From assembly GCF_006345805.1 (NCBI RefSeq), contig NC_042998.1:7440001-7504000 (forward strand): 64,000 nucleotides of DNA, in the 5' to 3' direction. Positions 36,973-48,652 of this stretch are shown piece after piece. The position numbers and the translations under genes were made by a program. Under the pieces are notes generated by a model. That model had not been told where the DNA came from. It did not search any database and was given only the letters and a program-made list of their open reading frames with translations. Numbering within the stretch: the first letter of the stretch is position 1; each line of letters starts with the position of its first letter. The DNA is from Octopus sinensis. Its lineage: Eukaryota.

Positions 36973-37353
36973 ACTCTTTTACTTGTTTCAGTCATTCGAC
37001 TGTGGCCATGCTGGAGCACCGCCTTTAGTCGAGCAAATCGACCCCAGCACTTATTCTTTGTAAGTCCAGTACTTATTCTATCGGTCTCTTTTACGGGGAC
37101 GTAAACACACCAGCATCGGTTGTCAAGCGATGTTGGGGGACAAACACAGACACACAAACATGTACACATACACATACATATATTTTATATACATATATAT
37201 ATATACGACGGGCTTCTTTCAGTTTCCGTCTACCAAATCCACTCACAAGGCTTTTGTCGGCCCGAGGCTATAGAAGACACTTGTCCAAGGTGCCACGCAG
37301 TAGGACTGAACCTGGTAAGCAAGCTACTTACCACACAGCCACTCCTATGCCTA
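36973..37353 (-). mobile_element. SINE family A
   Basis: Colinear reverse complement of 46808-47210. Confidence 0.85.
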
Positions 37354-37647
37354 TATTAGGGATTAAAAAATTTTTTACAGAGATACAAGGTTTGAAATTT
37401 CGTGGAAGCTGTACTCGATAAAATGAACCTCAGTGCATGACTAGTATTTATATAATCGACCTTCGGAATGATAAAAACAAAGTAGACCTCGGCGGGATTT
37501 GAACTTTAAACGCAAACGTCGTGTTGTAACCAAATGTCTCTCGGCATTTTGCTCGAGATTTCTCAATGACCCCCACCTTTTCAAATATTTAGAGGCACTG
37601 CCAAGATAATTGACATCCAGAGAGGAAATTTTACTCATGGACCATAA

Positions 37648-37941
37648 ATGGCCCCGTGGTTAGAGCAGCAGACTCGCGGTAGAGGGATCGCGAGTTCGAA
37701 TCTCAGATTGGGCGATGTGTGTGTTTACGAGCGAAACACCTAAGCTCCATGTGGCTCCGGCAGAAGGTAATGGCGAACTTCTGCTGACTCTTTCGCCACA
37801 ACTTCCTCTCACTCTTTCCTCCTGCATCATGCAGCTCACCTGCGACGGACCGGCGTCCCGTCCAGGTGGGGAATCTATACGCCAAGGAAACCGGGAAACC
37901 GGCCCTTATGAGCCAGGCATAGCTCGAGAAGGAACAAACAA
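37648..37941 (+). mobile_element. SINE family C variant
   Basis: tggccccgtggttagagcagcagactcgcgg..gagttcgaatctc head; gcgaaacacctaagctcca shared with 32274. Confidence 0.7.
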
Positions 37942-37944
37942 GAT

Positions 37945-39120
37945 GGTGAGCTGTCAGTATCATTAGCATGCCGAGAAAAATGTTTTGTGGTATTTCATCT
38001 GTCTTTATGTTCTGAGTTCAAATTCGATCGAGATCGATTTTGCCTTTCGTCCTTTCGATAAAATAAGTACCACAGGAGTACTGGTGTCGATGAACAGTAT
38101 TTGTTCTAGCTTTTTGCCATTCTTCCCGCCGAATTTTAATAAAATAAGCACCAATCAAATACTGGAATCGTTAATATCGATTAAATTCTTACCCCTAATT
38201 TCAGGCCTTGTACTTTGCTAGAATATTTTAATTAAGGCGGCGAGCTGGTAGAATCGTTAGCCCGCTAGATAATTTAAGTATTTGCTTAGCGGTGTTACGT
38301 CCATCTTTACATTCCTTGTTCAAATTCTGCCAAGGTCGACTTTGCCCTTCATCCTCCCGATACCAATAAATTAAGTACCAGTTGAGCAATGGGGTCGATG
38401 TTATCGACTAGCCACCTCCCCACCATCAAAGCTTCAGGTTTTCTGTCTTGTTGTTGTTAAGCAACAAGACGGGTAAGGGTGATTAGGTGATTTAGGGGTG
38501 GGAGACCCCAGACCTTGGAAAAAAAAAACTTTGGTCGTCTTGTTGTAGTCGAGGGCTCTTCGTTGACGCCCAACACCACTGAGAGGTGGCCCTCGAAGTC
38601 ACTGGAAATGGAGATCTCCAGGTCCAAATTCTTGAACGGAGGTTTTCTGTCTAGTACTGAGTGGCGAGCTAGCAGAATCGTTACCGAGTCAGCTCTTTAC
38701 GTTCCGAGTTCAAATTCTGCCAAAGACGACAAATTTCATGCCTTGTATCTACAGTAGAAAGAATTAAAGACGGCGAGCTGGCAGAATCGTCCATCACACC
38801 AGACAACTATACTTAGTGACATTTCTTCTGACACTTAACATTCTGAATTCAAATACTGCTGAAGTTTAGTTTGCTTTTCATCCACCAGGAGTCGATAAAA
38901 TAAGCACAAACTGAGCACAAGTAAACGACTAGCTTTCTCCCACCCAAATTCCAGGCCTTGAGTCTATAGCAGAATGGATTACTGAGGCGCTGAACTGGTA
39001 GAATCATTAGCGTGTTGGACAAAATGCAGAGAGGCAAACTCTTCCGACTCTTTACCTTTTAAGTTCAAATAACACCGAGGTTGACTTCGCCATTCATCCT
39101 TCTGGGGTCGATAAACACAC
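37945..39120 (+). mobile_element. Tandem cluster of decayed SINE family B copies
   Basis: ggcgagctggcagaatcgttag heads or ctgagttcaaat cores near 37945, 38236, 38662, 38771 and 38986. Confidence 0.7.
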
Positions 39121-39264
39121 TCCATAAACACGCAAGCATGTATCTGACTCATACACTGTTCACTTCCCAGACATTTGTACATTACTGCATATGCTTTATA
39201 CGCACTTTTGACAAGTTGTGGTGCACCTGAGCACTGTGTACAGTAATTTCATTATTATTATTAT

Positions 39265-39688
39265 TGAGTGAGAGAGCAGTGCATACCATCAAAGTGACAC
39301 TGAGGTAAAATATACGAAGCCCAATATACCCATCATGACTACCCGTCTGATAAGGGTACGCTAGGCACATGCATCACAACCATATGTGCACGATATGGTG
39401 ATCTCATATAAAGATAAAGAGCACATGACCTTGCAGGTGGGGCCTAGTTAGAATTTTCTTCAGGTCGAGTAACCCATCCCACTCGAAAGGTCCCTGAATA
39501 AGGGTTGTTTAAGGGTGTTGAACGAAACACCCATGTTTCCAGTGGTGAATTATTCAAACCCCAAAGAATCCCTCTCAACACACGGCTATGATGCTCCCCC
39601 ACTACTTCTGCTCGTGATCGGAGATGCACATATCATCAGCCACCAGGGGACATGCTCAACTGGTTAAGGTCAAACAACTGACAAGCAA

Positions 39689-39690
<2 letters not shown>
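39265..39690 (-). mobile_element. Interspersed repeat with (TAA)n tail, probable non-LTR 3' UTR
   Basis: GC-richer block bounded by (TTA)n tracts; family not determined. Confidence 0.4.
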
Positions 39691-39724
<34 letters not shown>

Positions 39725-40017
39725 AATAAGCACCAGTTCAACCCTTATTCACTCCTGCTTTGTGCCAAACTTTGAAATCATTAAGGCGATGAGCTGGAAA
39801 ATTCTTTAACATGTCGGGTAATGACCAGCTGCATTTCTTTCGGTTCTACGCTCGAATTTCGTCGTAGTTAACTTTGCCTTTCGCGAGCGATAACAGTGTA
39901 CCAATAAAGCACAGGAGTTGGGGCAGTCGACTAAATCGCTCTATCTAAAGTTGCTGGCCTAAATTTCGCAACAAATATCATTTCACCAAGAAAAATCAGT
40001 AGAGCACCAGATTCGTC

Positions 40018-40290
40018 CATGTGTCTAACACACGTGGACATGCCTACAAAGTCAGAAAACAACACAGCTCCCATGACTTTGGGAAACATTTTTTCACGCT
40101 CAGAGTTGCTGAAGCATGGAACAAACTGCCTGCGTCAGTTGTTGACTGCCATGACACTGCATCCTTTAAGGCCCTCATGCTTTCCGAAATCCGCCGAAAC
40201 TACACCTGATTATACATGCACTTTAGATAAGTTGTAGTGCACCTGAGCACTGTACACAATGTTTTTATTATTATTATTATTATTATTATT
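40018..40290 (+). mobile_element. CR1/L2-type LINE 3' end
   Basis: TRGHAYKVRKQ..FFTLRVAEAWNKLPASVV C-terminus plus gtgcacctgagcactgt..(tta)n tail (tail also at 39170-39265). Confidence 0.8.
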
Positions 40291-40461
40291 CTTTTTCCTT
40301 CTGGCTTCAAGTTCCACCGAGGTAAATAAAGCAAGAGTTAGTAAGTTCTTGTTCGCCTAGATTCCGTCTCTCGTCGCTCGACATTGAATTTCAGGTTTCT
40401 GGTCGGTTTGAGCACTAATTGTCTATCTAGTATACACCTTTGCTGACATATTCTTACCCAA

Positions 40462-40665
40462 TCATCATCATCATCATCGTTTAACGTCCGCCTTCCATGC
40501 CTAGCATAGATGAGACGGTACTACAAGAGCCGGCCAGGCCGAAGCCTGCAGCAGACTTCTGTAACTGTTTTGGCAGGATTTTTACAGCTGGATGCTCTTC
40601 CTAACACCAACCACTCAGCACAGTGGACTAAGTGCTTTTTACGTGGCACATGCACAGGCGAGGTG
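40462..40665 (-). mobile_element. RTE-type 3' tail
   Basis: (cat)n-cgtttaacgtccgccttccatgc, the reverse complement of the tail near 6390. Confidence 0.7.
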
Positions 40666-41085
40666 CAATATATATTACTTTATTAATTTCTAAGTGGCGA
40701 GCAAGCAGAATCGTTTGCGCGTCTGATAAAATGCTTTGCATTCTGAGTTCAAATTCTACTGAGGTCTACTTTGCTTTTCATCCTTTGGGGGTCGATAAAA
40801 TAAGTGTTAGTCAAGTACTGGCGTCGATGTAATCAACTTCTATCTCTTCCCAAAAGCTGTTGGTCCTTTGTCTGAGGGCAACACCAGTACTCAAGCGGTA
40901 ATAGGTTGGGAGTGGGACAACACACACACATTTTATATAAGTAGGTGAATGAATCATCCTAGCATGGAAAATTCGTTTAACCGATACCTGGGTAGCAAAT
41001 TCACGTCAGAAAACACGGTTGAAGCGACCTGTCAAGGGTAGAAACTCCGGGTTCTTGTGTGGAAGTTTGTGTGTTTTTTATATGA

Positions 41086-41163
41086 ATAAATGAAAGAATG
41101 GAGTCGAACGAAGATTTTAACAATTTTGTTAAAATCTTCGTTCGACTCCATTCTTTCATTTAT
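41086..41163. repeat. Perfect palindrome (38-bp arms, 2-nt spacer) beside (TA)n
   Basis: ataaatgaaagaatggagtcgaacgaagattttaacaa-tt-ttgttaaaatcttcgttcgactccattctttcatttat. Confidence 0.95.
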
Positions 41164-41165
41164 AC

Positions 41166-41194
<29 letters not shown>

Positions 41195-41196
<2 letters not shown>

Positions 41197-41353
41197 ACAG
41201 GCTTCTTTCAGTTTCCGTCTACTAAATCCGCCCACAAGGCTTTGGTCGGCCTGAGGCTATTGTAGACATTTCCCCAAGGTGCCACGCACAGGAACTGAAC
41301 CCAGAACGATGTGGTTGGGAAGCAAGTTTCTTACCACACAGCCACTCCTGCGC
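41195..41353 (-). mobile_element. SINE family A 5' half
   Basis: Ends cagccactcctgcgc. Confidence 0.8.
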
Positions 41354-41763
41354 ATACACACACACAACATCCGATCTCCATAAAAAGTAAGTCCATTAGA
41401 GAATGTGGTCATACAGATACCCTTAAATATGCGCACATGTCTGATCGTAGGTCATTGGAGAACTCGTGCTTAATCGGTAAGACTTGCGTTGTAAAGTCCA
41501 TGAATGCGCTGCAGACGTAGAAGACACAATGACGAAAGAAAGTTATCTCCCTTAACATAGCCACTCGTCATAATTTAGTTTTGTTATAGGAGTGAATAAG
41601 TGAGCATGGACAGATTTTGATTAAAACACGATTAATCTTTCATCAAGAGAGATAAACGTGATTGGATCAATCTGCTCTACTATAAGTCTTTTATTTTTCT
41701 TTCTTAAATGTTTTCTATTGAATCTAAACAACAGAGTGTAAAAAATGAAATAAATTTTATATA

Positions 41764-42179
41764 TATTTCTTTCTTGCCCACAAGGGGCTAAACATAGAGG
41801 GGACAAACAAGGACAGACAAAGAGATTAAGTTAATTACATCGACTCCAGTGCGAAACTGGTACTTTATTTATCGACTCTGAAAGGATGAAAGGTAAAGTC
41901 AACCTCGGCGGAATTTGAACTCAGAACGTAACAGCAGATGAAATACCTTTTCTTTACTACCCACAAGGGGCTAAACACAGAGGGGACAAACAAGGACAGA
42001 CATAGGTATTAAGTCGATTACATAGACCCCAGTGCGTAACTGGTACTTAATTTATCGACCCCGAAAGGATGAAAGGTAAAGTCGACCTCGGCGGAATTTG
42101 AACTCACAACGTAACGGCAGACGAAATACCGCTAAGCATTTCGCCCAGCGTGCTAACGTTTCTGCCAGCTCGCCGCCTG
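41764..42179 (-). mobile_element. SINE family B with duplicated 3' part
   Basis: 13-bp TSD taaattttatata (41751-41763 and 42180-42192); head ggcggcgagctggcagaaacgttagc on the minus strand. Confidence 0.9.
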
Positions 42180-43123
42180 TAAATTTTATATAGTCTAGAT
42201 TAGTCGAATGAGCATCCAACATTTTACTATTAGCTTCAAATGAGATGACTAAATTATTTCATGGAATTCTAACCGACAACCAACCAATTCTGTCAATCAC
42301 TGCAGACACACAGACATATTCAATAATATGTCAAAATATGAAATCATTGTTATTTACGCTGTTGCTGAACATTAATATCAATCTTACCAATATTGAAATG
42401 ACTTTCACAACTCGGTTCTAATATTTTAGTCCTTTTCCAAGTTCGACTTTACCTTTCATCCTTCCTGGGCGGTATTTTGAACTCAGAACGTGAAGACGGA
42501 CGAAATGCTGCTTAGCTTTTTGTCCGGCGTGCTAACGGGTCAGCTAATTCACCGCAATAAAAATTATTTGGATCTTTTCGGTTTGAACGGCAGTTTTTAA
42601 CATAATTTCTAGGTAACTTAAAAAATTTTTTAACTTCGTATACTGGTAGAATCTCTTATTATAAAAGGCAGATTTTATCTGCCTCCCTTTGGGAGTTATA
42701 CAAATCTACAATATAGGATTTCTTCAATTACAATTTACCTACCATTTTTAAGAGTACAATGCATCGCGTCATGCCAGGTCCAGTTTTTAAAATTTCAACT
42801 CCAATTAAGCAAAATTTACAGAAAACTCACATTCTGGTGTGTGTCAAATGCTTTTCTTAGTCTGGTTTACACCACACGCAAACGCACACACACAGTGGGC
42901 AACGAATAAAGTGAAACTAGATGTAATATTTGTTTCTCTCTATCACGCTGATAGATACATGAGTAAAATGTATGGAAAGCTAACACATAAGTGTGAGTGA
43001 AAATGTTCTTGGAAGAGAGTAAATAGCCAGAGATAGTGATTTGAGGAAGACTTTACATTAAATAACCGTACTGGCTTGTGTTAGTAATAAAGTAAACATA
43101 CACTCATACATACATACATACAT

Positions 43124-43154
<31 letters not shown>

Positions 43155-43482
43155 TACATACACACACACATACATACACACATACATACATATACATACA
43201 TACATATACATACATACATATACATACATACACACACACACACACATACACACACACACAGTATTGAAGCTTGAGAACAATCAGATACATTTGCAACACA
43301 TCTGTTGAAAATATTATTGTTCACACACATACATATACATATATACATACAGACAGACAGACAGATAGACACACACACACACACACACATGATCCAGCAT
43401 GGCCACAACCTCAAGGCTGAAACATATAAAAGAATAACAGAATATAAATGTGTGCATGTGTGTGAGAGAGAGAGTGTGTGTG

Positions 43483-43514
<32 letters not shown>

Positions 43515-43699
43515 TATATATATAATAATGCGGTTTTTTCAACAGCTTGAACTAAAAGTCAGAGGGGAATGGGATAAACTACTTATATTAACTTGCTATA
43601 AAAGCAGGTAGTAATTTTATCTTGTCCTTATTCATAGTGCAAGTTTTGAAGAGTGCATTTCGATTTTAACAGCTATTTTTTTCAAAGCTATATTGGAAC

Positions 43700-43954
43700 A
43701 GCCTAGAAGACGAGCCTCATCCTGAAAGATCTGTAGAACTCGACAAGGACATCCTCAAAACCCTGGTGGAACAAAATCTCATCGTAACTGTTGAGGAACT
43801 AGCAGAGAAGCTTGGATTTGGTCATTCAACCATTCATTGAGACCTGTGTGCTATCGGAAAAGTCAGCAAATTGGGTCAATGGGTTCCTCACGAACTTTCC
43901 GAGTCTAATTGCATGCAGAGAGTGAATGTATGCTTTTCTTTGCTGTCACATCTC
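43700..43954 (+). pseudogene. Mariner transposase fragment
   Basis: SLEDEPHPERS..ELAEKLGFGHSTIH*..GKVSKLGQWVPHELS, containing the WVPHEL motif and one stop. Confidence 0.88.
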
Positions 43955-43975
43955 ACCACTACTGCGCTATGTATA

Positions 43976-44612
43976 TCTATATATATAAAACTGTAGTTGT
44001 GTGAGTGTCTGTCCCCTTCGATTTAGATTCCTAACTACTCCCACATTTTGCGGTACAGTTTAACCAAATTCGAGTAGCTTATAGTCGTGATTCATATCGA
44101 GCCCGTCTGAGTATTAGCGCGCGTCTACGATGAGTCTACGATTTTAAAAATAATTTAACATCATTTTTTATTCCATTTTAATGCATAATTTTTCGTGTGT
44201 CGATGGCGGCGGAGTTGGCATCCACGCTCACACCTGCACCTGTGGGGAAGGGAGTGCAAGGAAATCAACGTCGTAATGTGTTGTCAAGGAGACCAGCGTT
44301 CTTTTAGAACAACGACTTCATGGCTTGAAGACACCAAAACAGAAATGGCTAAGAAAGCGTCTACATGAGTCTACGATTTAAAAAAAAATTTACCATCGTT
44401 TTTTTTCCATTTTAATGCATTTTTTCGCTATTATATAAGGGAAGTAACTCTCTAAAAATGTCTACGATGAGTCAACGATTTTTCAAAAAATTTACCATCA
44501 TATTTTTTCCATTTTTAATGCATTTTTTGCTACTTTTTGGCTATAACTCTCTAAAAATGCTTATATAGTTATTTCCCTTACAAACCCGAGCAACGCCGGG
44601 CGATACTGCTAG
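43976..44612 (+). mobile_element. Non-autonomous Helitron (same family as 36077 and 58318)
   Basis: TCTATATATATAAAA start, internal ctacgatgagtctacgatt repeats, CTAG end. Confidence 0.85.
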
Positions 44613-45015
44613 TGTGTTTATAAAGCATCTTTTTCTTTTGGCTTTGAGAAAATTCTATAGTTTGTTGTTTTTTTCTTCAATTTCAATCAATCACTGACGT
44701 CTATTGAGGTAAAAAAACATTCGGTGCCGTATGAATATGTCCCTCGCTTAAGAAACAGATTGGGTTTATTTACATTTGTGAAGAAAAAAAGACACCCTCC
44801 CTCCTAACCCTAACCCTAAAACAGATTGAAATGCAATAGATCGATACTAGGGTCATAATTATGGGTGACAATTTCATATGACACCGCTAGAAAAAACTGC
44901 CGTTCAAACCGAAAAGATCCAATTATTTTAGGCACAAGGCCTGAAATTTTGAGCGAATGGGGCTAATCGATTACATCGACCCCATTGTTCAACTGGTATT
45001 TATTTCATGGAACTT

Positions 45016-45044
<29 letters not shown>

Positions 45045-45046
<2 letters not shown>

Positions 45047-46260
45047 CACGGGCTGAATGTGACAGTTGCATAAAAGGAAATGTATTTTAAACATCAAAAA
45101 AGATCAACTAGATTATGGCTGGGAGATAACACTCAGAGTAGCAGCCCTCAGTTTTCACCACGGCCTCAAGACGGCTCTGGAACCCGGAGCATGCGTTTCT
45201 CACTATGTCCTTGGGAAGATCTTCGAACATCTTGTCCTTGGCCACCAGCTCGGCCCTGGTGTTGCTGGCAGAGCAGTTGGTGTCTTTCACAACCGCACCC
45301 CACAGAGATCCATGGAATTTTAATTGGAATTTTAATTAGAAGACCAGAAATTGGGGCTGGTGAAGTCATAGAAACTCTCCGAGAACCACTTCTGACCCTT
45401 TCCGGTGGTACGGCAAGAAGCCGAATCCTTCTTGCCATACCTCTGGCGAGCTGGCAGAAACGTTAGCACGCAGGGCGAAATGCTTAGCGGTATTTCGTCT
45501 GCCACTACGTTCAGAGTTCAAATTCCGCCGAGGTCGACTTTGCCTTTCATCCTTTCGGGGTCGATTAAATAAGTACCAGTTACGCACTGGGGTCGATGTA
45601 ATCGACTTAATCCGTTTGTCTGTCCTTGTTTGTCCCCTCTATGTTTAGCCCCTTGTGGGTAGTAAAGAAATAGGTATTTTGTCTGCTGTTACATTCTGAG
45701 TTCAAATTACGCCGAGGTCGACTTTGCGGAGTCGACAAATTAAGTACCAGTTACGCACTGGGGTTATTGCAATCGACTTCATCTCTTTGTCTGTCCCCTC
45801 TATGATTAGCCTCTTGTGGGCAATAAAGAAATAAGAAACCGAATCCTTTCAGCAGCAACTCTTTTCAGGGGGTTCACATACCCATCAGAATTGAACCTTA
45901 GGTTCTGTTCAAAGGTGAGGGGCGTCATGACGTTACCCTTAGTGGAGAATCACCCTAAAACAATATCTTTCTGCTGGCCACAGTTTCATAGTCTCCATGT
46001 CATGTCTTACAGCTTGTATAGTTTTCACAGAACATTGAGCAGCTCTCACGATGTCGGTACTTTGATATCCGGCGCGAATCATGACACAGGTAAGTTTTTT
46101 TGGAATACCCAGATAGCTTCCAGTCCTCAATGTCAGCTAACTTTTTATCAGTTACACCTTTGATCGTCACGCTCTCCAATGCCACTGACTGATCACCCAC
46201 ACATCAAGCTGTTCTTGGGGGGTGGGGAGACAAAATCAAATTTAGCGCGAATAATTTGTA
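45045..46260 (-). pseudogene. Decayed Tc1/mariner (maT/DD37D-like) transposon
   Basis: Minus-strand remnants VWQ.DSASCHT..QKWFSENFYDFTSPNFW and IVRNACSGFQSRLEAVVKTEG; interrupted by a SINE. Confidence 0.65.
45443..45838 (+). mobile_element. SINE family B with duplicated 3' part
   Basis: Same dimer-like structure as 41764-42179. Confidence 0.9.
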
Positions 46261-46807
46261 CACGTACACACACACACACATAATCAGAATAAGCAACAAG
46301 AATAACATCGGTAATTTGGTACGATCGTTTCACGCTACATCATTTTATTAAATGTTGTAAGTATTACAACAATTTTAAAATGTTGACCAATATATATATA
46401 TATATATATATATGCACACCCATATACAAACCATAGCTTAGACTACGAACATTTAGCGCGTCATTTTTTTTTGCCGTTCAGAAGGCAACTGAAGCCAGTA
46501 CGTTTCAACCACCGTATCGTTATAGTCAGTGTCAGGTCCTCAGGAAATATTTCAGCGTTACAATGAAGTGGCAACAAATCCAAGATGTGATTTAACTGCT
46601 TGTTTTTACTGAAACTGAGAACGAGCCCCTGTGTTGTGAGGCATTGTGACTTAAGGAAATTAAAAGAATTATGCGTGATCACGCTATAGGAATAGTAGGG
46701 TGAAGAATAACCTTTCACTGAACGCAATGACACGATCATTTCAGTAGAATTTAATAAGCCAATTAAGGTTACGTGGGAAGAAACCACTGAGATAGTCACT
46801 AAATGTT

Positions 46808-47210
46808 AGGCGCAGGAGTGGCTGTGTGGTAGGTAGCTTGTTTACCAACCACATGGTTCCGGGTTCAGTCCCACTGCGTGGCATCTTGGGCAAGTGTCTT
46901 CTACTATAGCCTCGGGCCGACCAAAGCCTTGTGAGTGGATTTGGTAGACGGAAACTGAAAGAAGCCCGTCGTATATATGTATATATATATATGCGCGTAT
47001 GTGTCTGTGTTTGTCCTCCTAGCATTACTTGACAACCGATGCTGGTGTGTTTATGTCCCCGTTACTTAGCGGTTCGGCAAAAAGAGACCGATAGAATAAG
47101 TACTGGGCTTACAAAAGAATAAGTCCCGGGGTCGAGTTGCTCGATTAAAGGCGGTGCTCCAGCATGGCCGCAGTCAAATGACTGAAACAAGTAAAAGAAA
47201 GAAAAAAGAA
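46808..47210 (+). mobile_element. SINE family A, best-preserved copy
   Basis: aggcgcaggagtggctgtgtgg head through to an A-rich tail; CpGs intact. Confidence 0.9.
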
Positions 47211-48189
47211 TAGTTAAATATGGAATCAGGGTTCACTTTCGAAAGGAGCTGATCGAGATAACTGATTTTATCCCTGCAAAAAATGTGTGACGTCATCTTA
47301 AACGAAACCTTTTGTATAGAGTTTCCGTTTCAAAGTTTCTAATGAAATCAAACTACTTTGAAAATAGCATTTTCGTGAGATCAGTATTTGAATTGCACAG
47401 ATTAATGATCATGTGAATATTTTTATTCTGTTGGATGATGATTTAGTCATCAATGCTAGAAGGATAAGCTATTTCATTTATGTCCAAGAGAATGAAATAT
47501 CATATACCTTGATCTGTCGTAATGTCATAAGAAATTATCCTTTAAGTGAAATTATAACTTGCTACGAACACTCGACAACCGTGAACACTCGACTCGACAA
47601 CTAGTGTTAGTTTGATTACATCCCCATAACTTTGCAGTTCCGCAAAGGAGACTAATAAGAACTTGGAAATAAATCCTGGGGCTGATTTGTTCAATGTAAC
47701 CCTTCAAGATAGCAGCCCAGCAAAGCCGTAGTTCATCGAGTTACACAAACAAAAAATAAACATCAATTAGTAACGAATTATCTTCTGGTGATAATAATAA
47801 TAAAAAAAAACCCACAAAAGTTTGAGAAAAACTTTATCGTGCGCAATTTGAGATGCCGGAAAAACTGACACTGAAGCGTAAAATCTGACGATTACACAGC
47901 AAGTGGTAAGAACGAAGTTTGAATCCTATCATAGGCTTGTTGTTTTTCTTTTTCTCAAACTGATGTTCATTATGTTGAATATTGACGAAGCAAATGTTAG
48001 CACGTGTCCTTTGAAGGCAGGACTGAAGCGAGTGCTGGAAATTTATGACCCTTATGATTTTGCAAAGTGCGTTAGTAATATAAACGAAGGGGCTTTTCTA
48101 GGGGGGAAAAAGTTAATTATTTCGGCTAGCTTGAAACGAGTCATTTTATTGATGGTTTCAAATTTTGACGCAAGACCGGTAAGTTAAAA

Positions 48190-48370
48190 GGGAGGTGGGG
48201 CTAGTTGATTACATCCATTACAGTGCTTAACTGGTATTTATTTTATGGTCTCCGAAAAGATAAAAGGTAAAGTCAACCTCGGTGGCATTTGAACTCAGAA
48301 TGAAAAGACTGACAAAATCCTGCTAAGCATTTCGCCCAGCGTGATAATGATTTTGTCAGCTCGCCGCCTT
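48190..48370 (-). mobile_element. SINE family B
   Basis: Ends cagctcgccgcctt. Confidence 0.8.
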
Positions 48371-48432
48371 GTTTTATTACTTAATGAAATAATAGATGGC
48401 ATTTTAGATTCGGTACATTATACTAAAGAACC

Positions 48433-48652
48433 GAAAGGCGGCGAGCTGGCAGAAACGTTAGCACGCCGGGCGAAATGCGTAGCCGTATTTCGTCTGCCGT
48501 TACGTTCTGAGTTCAAATTCCGCTGAGGTCGACTTTGCCTTTCCTTCTTTCGGGGTCGATAAATTAAATACTAGTTACGCACCGGGGTCGATGTAATCGA
48601 CTTAATCCGTTTGTCTGCCTTGTTTGTCTCCTCTGTGGGTAGTAAAGAAATA
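48433..48652 (+). mobile_element. SINE family B
   Basis: 14-bp TSD tatactaaagaacc (48419-48432 and 48653-48666). Confidence 0.9.

Larger units (their letters stand above)
42652..44612 (+). mobile_element. Composite Helitron (TC...CTAG) inserted at A|T
   Basis: A|TCTCTTATTATAAAAG start and ..gatactgCTAG|T end; contains a microsatellite, a SINE tail, a mariner fragment and an inner Helitron. Confidence 0.65.
42570..44920. mobile_element. MITE with 29-bp TIRs and 8-bp TSD (Merlin- or MULE-like), expanded by a nested insertion
   Basis: TIR ggatcttttcggtttgaacggcagttttt is perfect at both ends; TSD aattattt at 42562-42569 and 44921-44928. Confidence 0.88.

Noticed and set aside
44803-44819. Interstitial telomere (CCCTAA)n
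   Set aside because: Fewer than three units and internal to the MITE.
46495-46550. Hammerhead-like CTGAGGA..GAAACGTA on the minus strand (similar partial hits near 353, 16167, 39633, 54281)
   Set aside because: No compatible stem I/II or missing GAAA.
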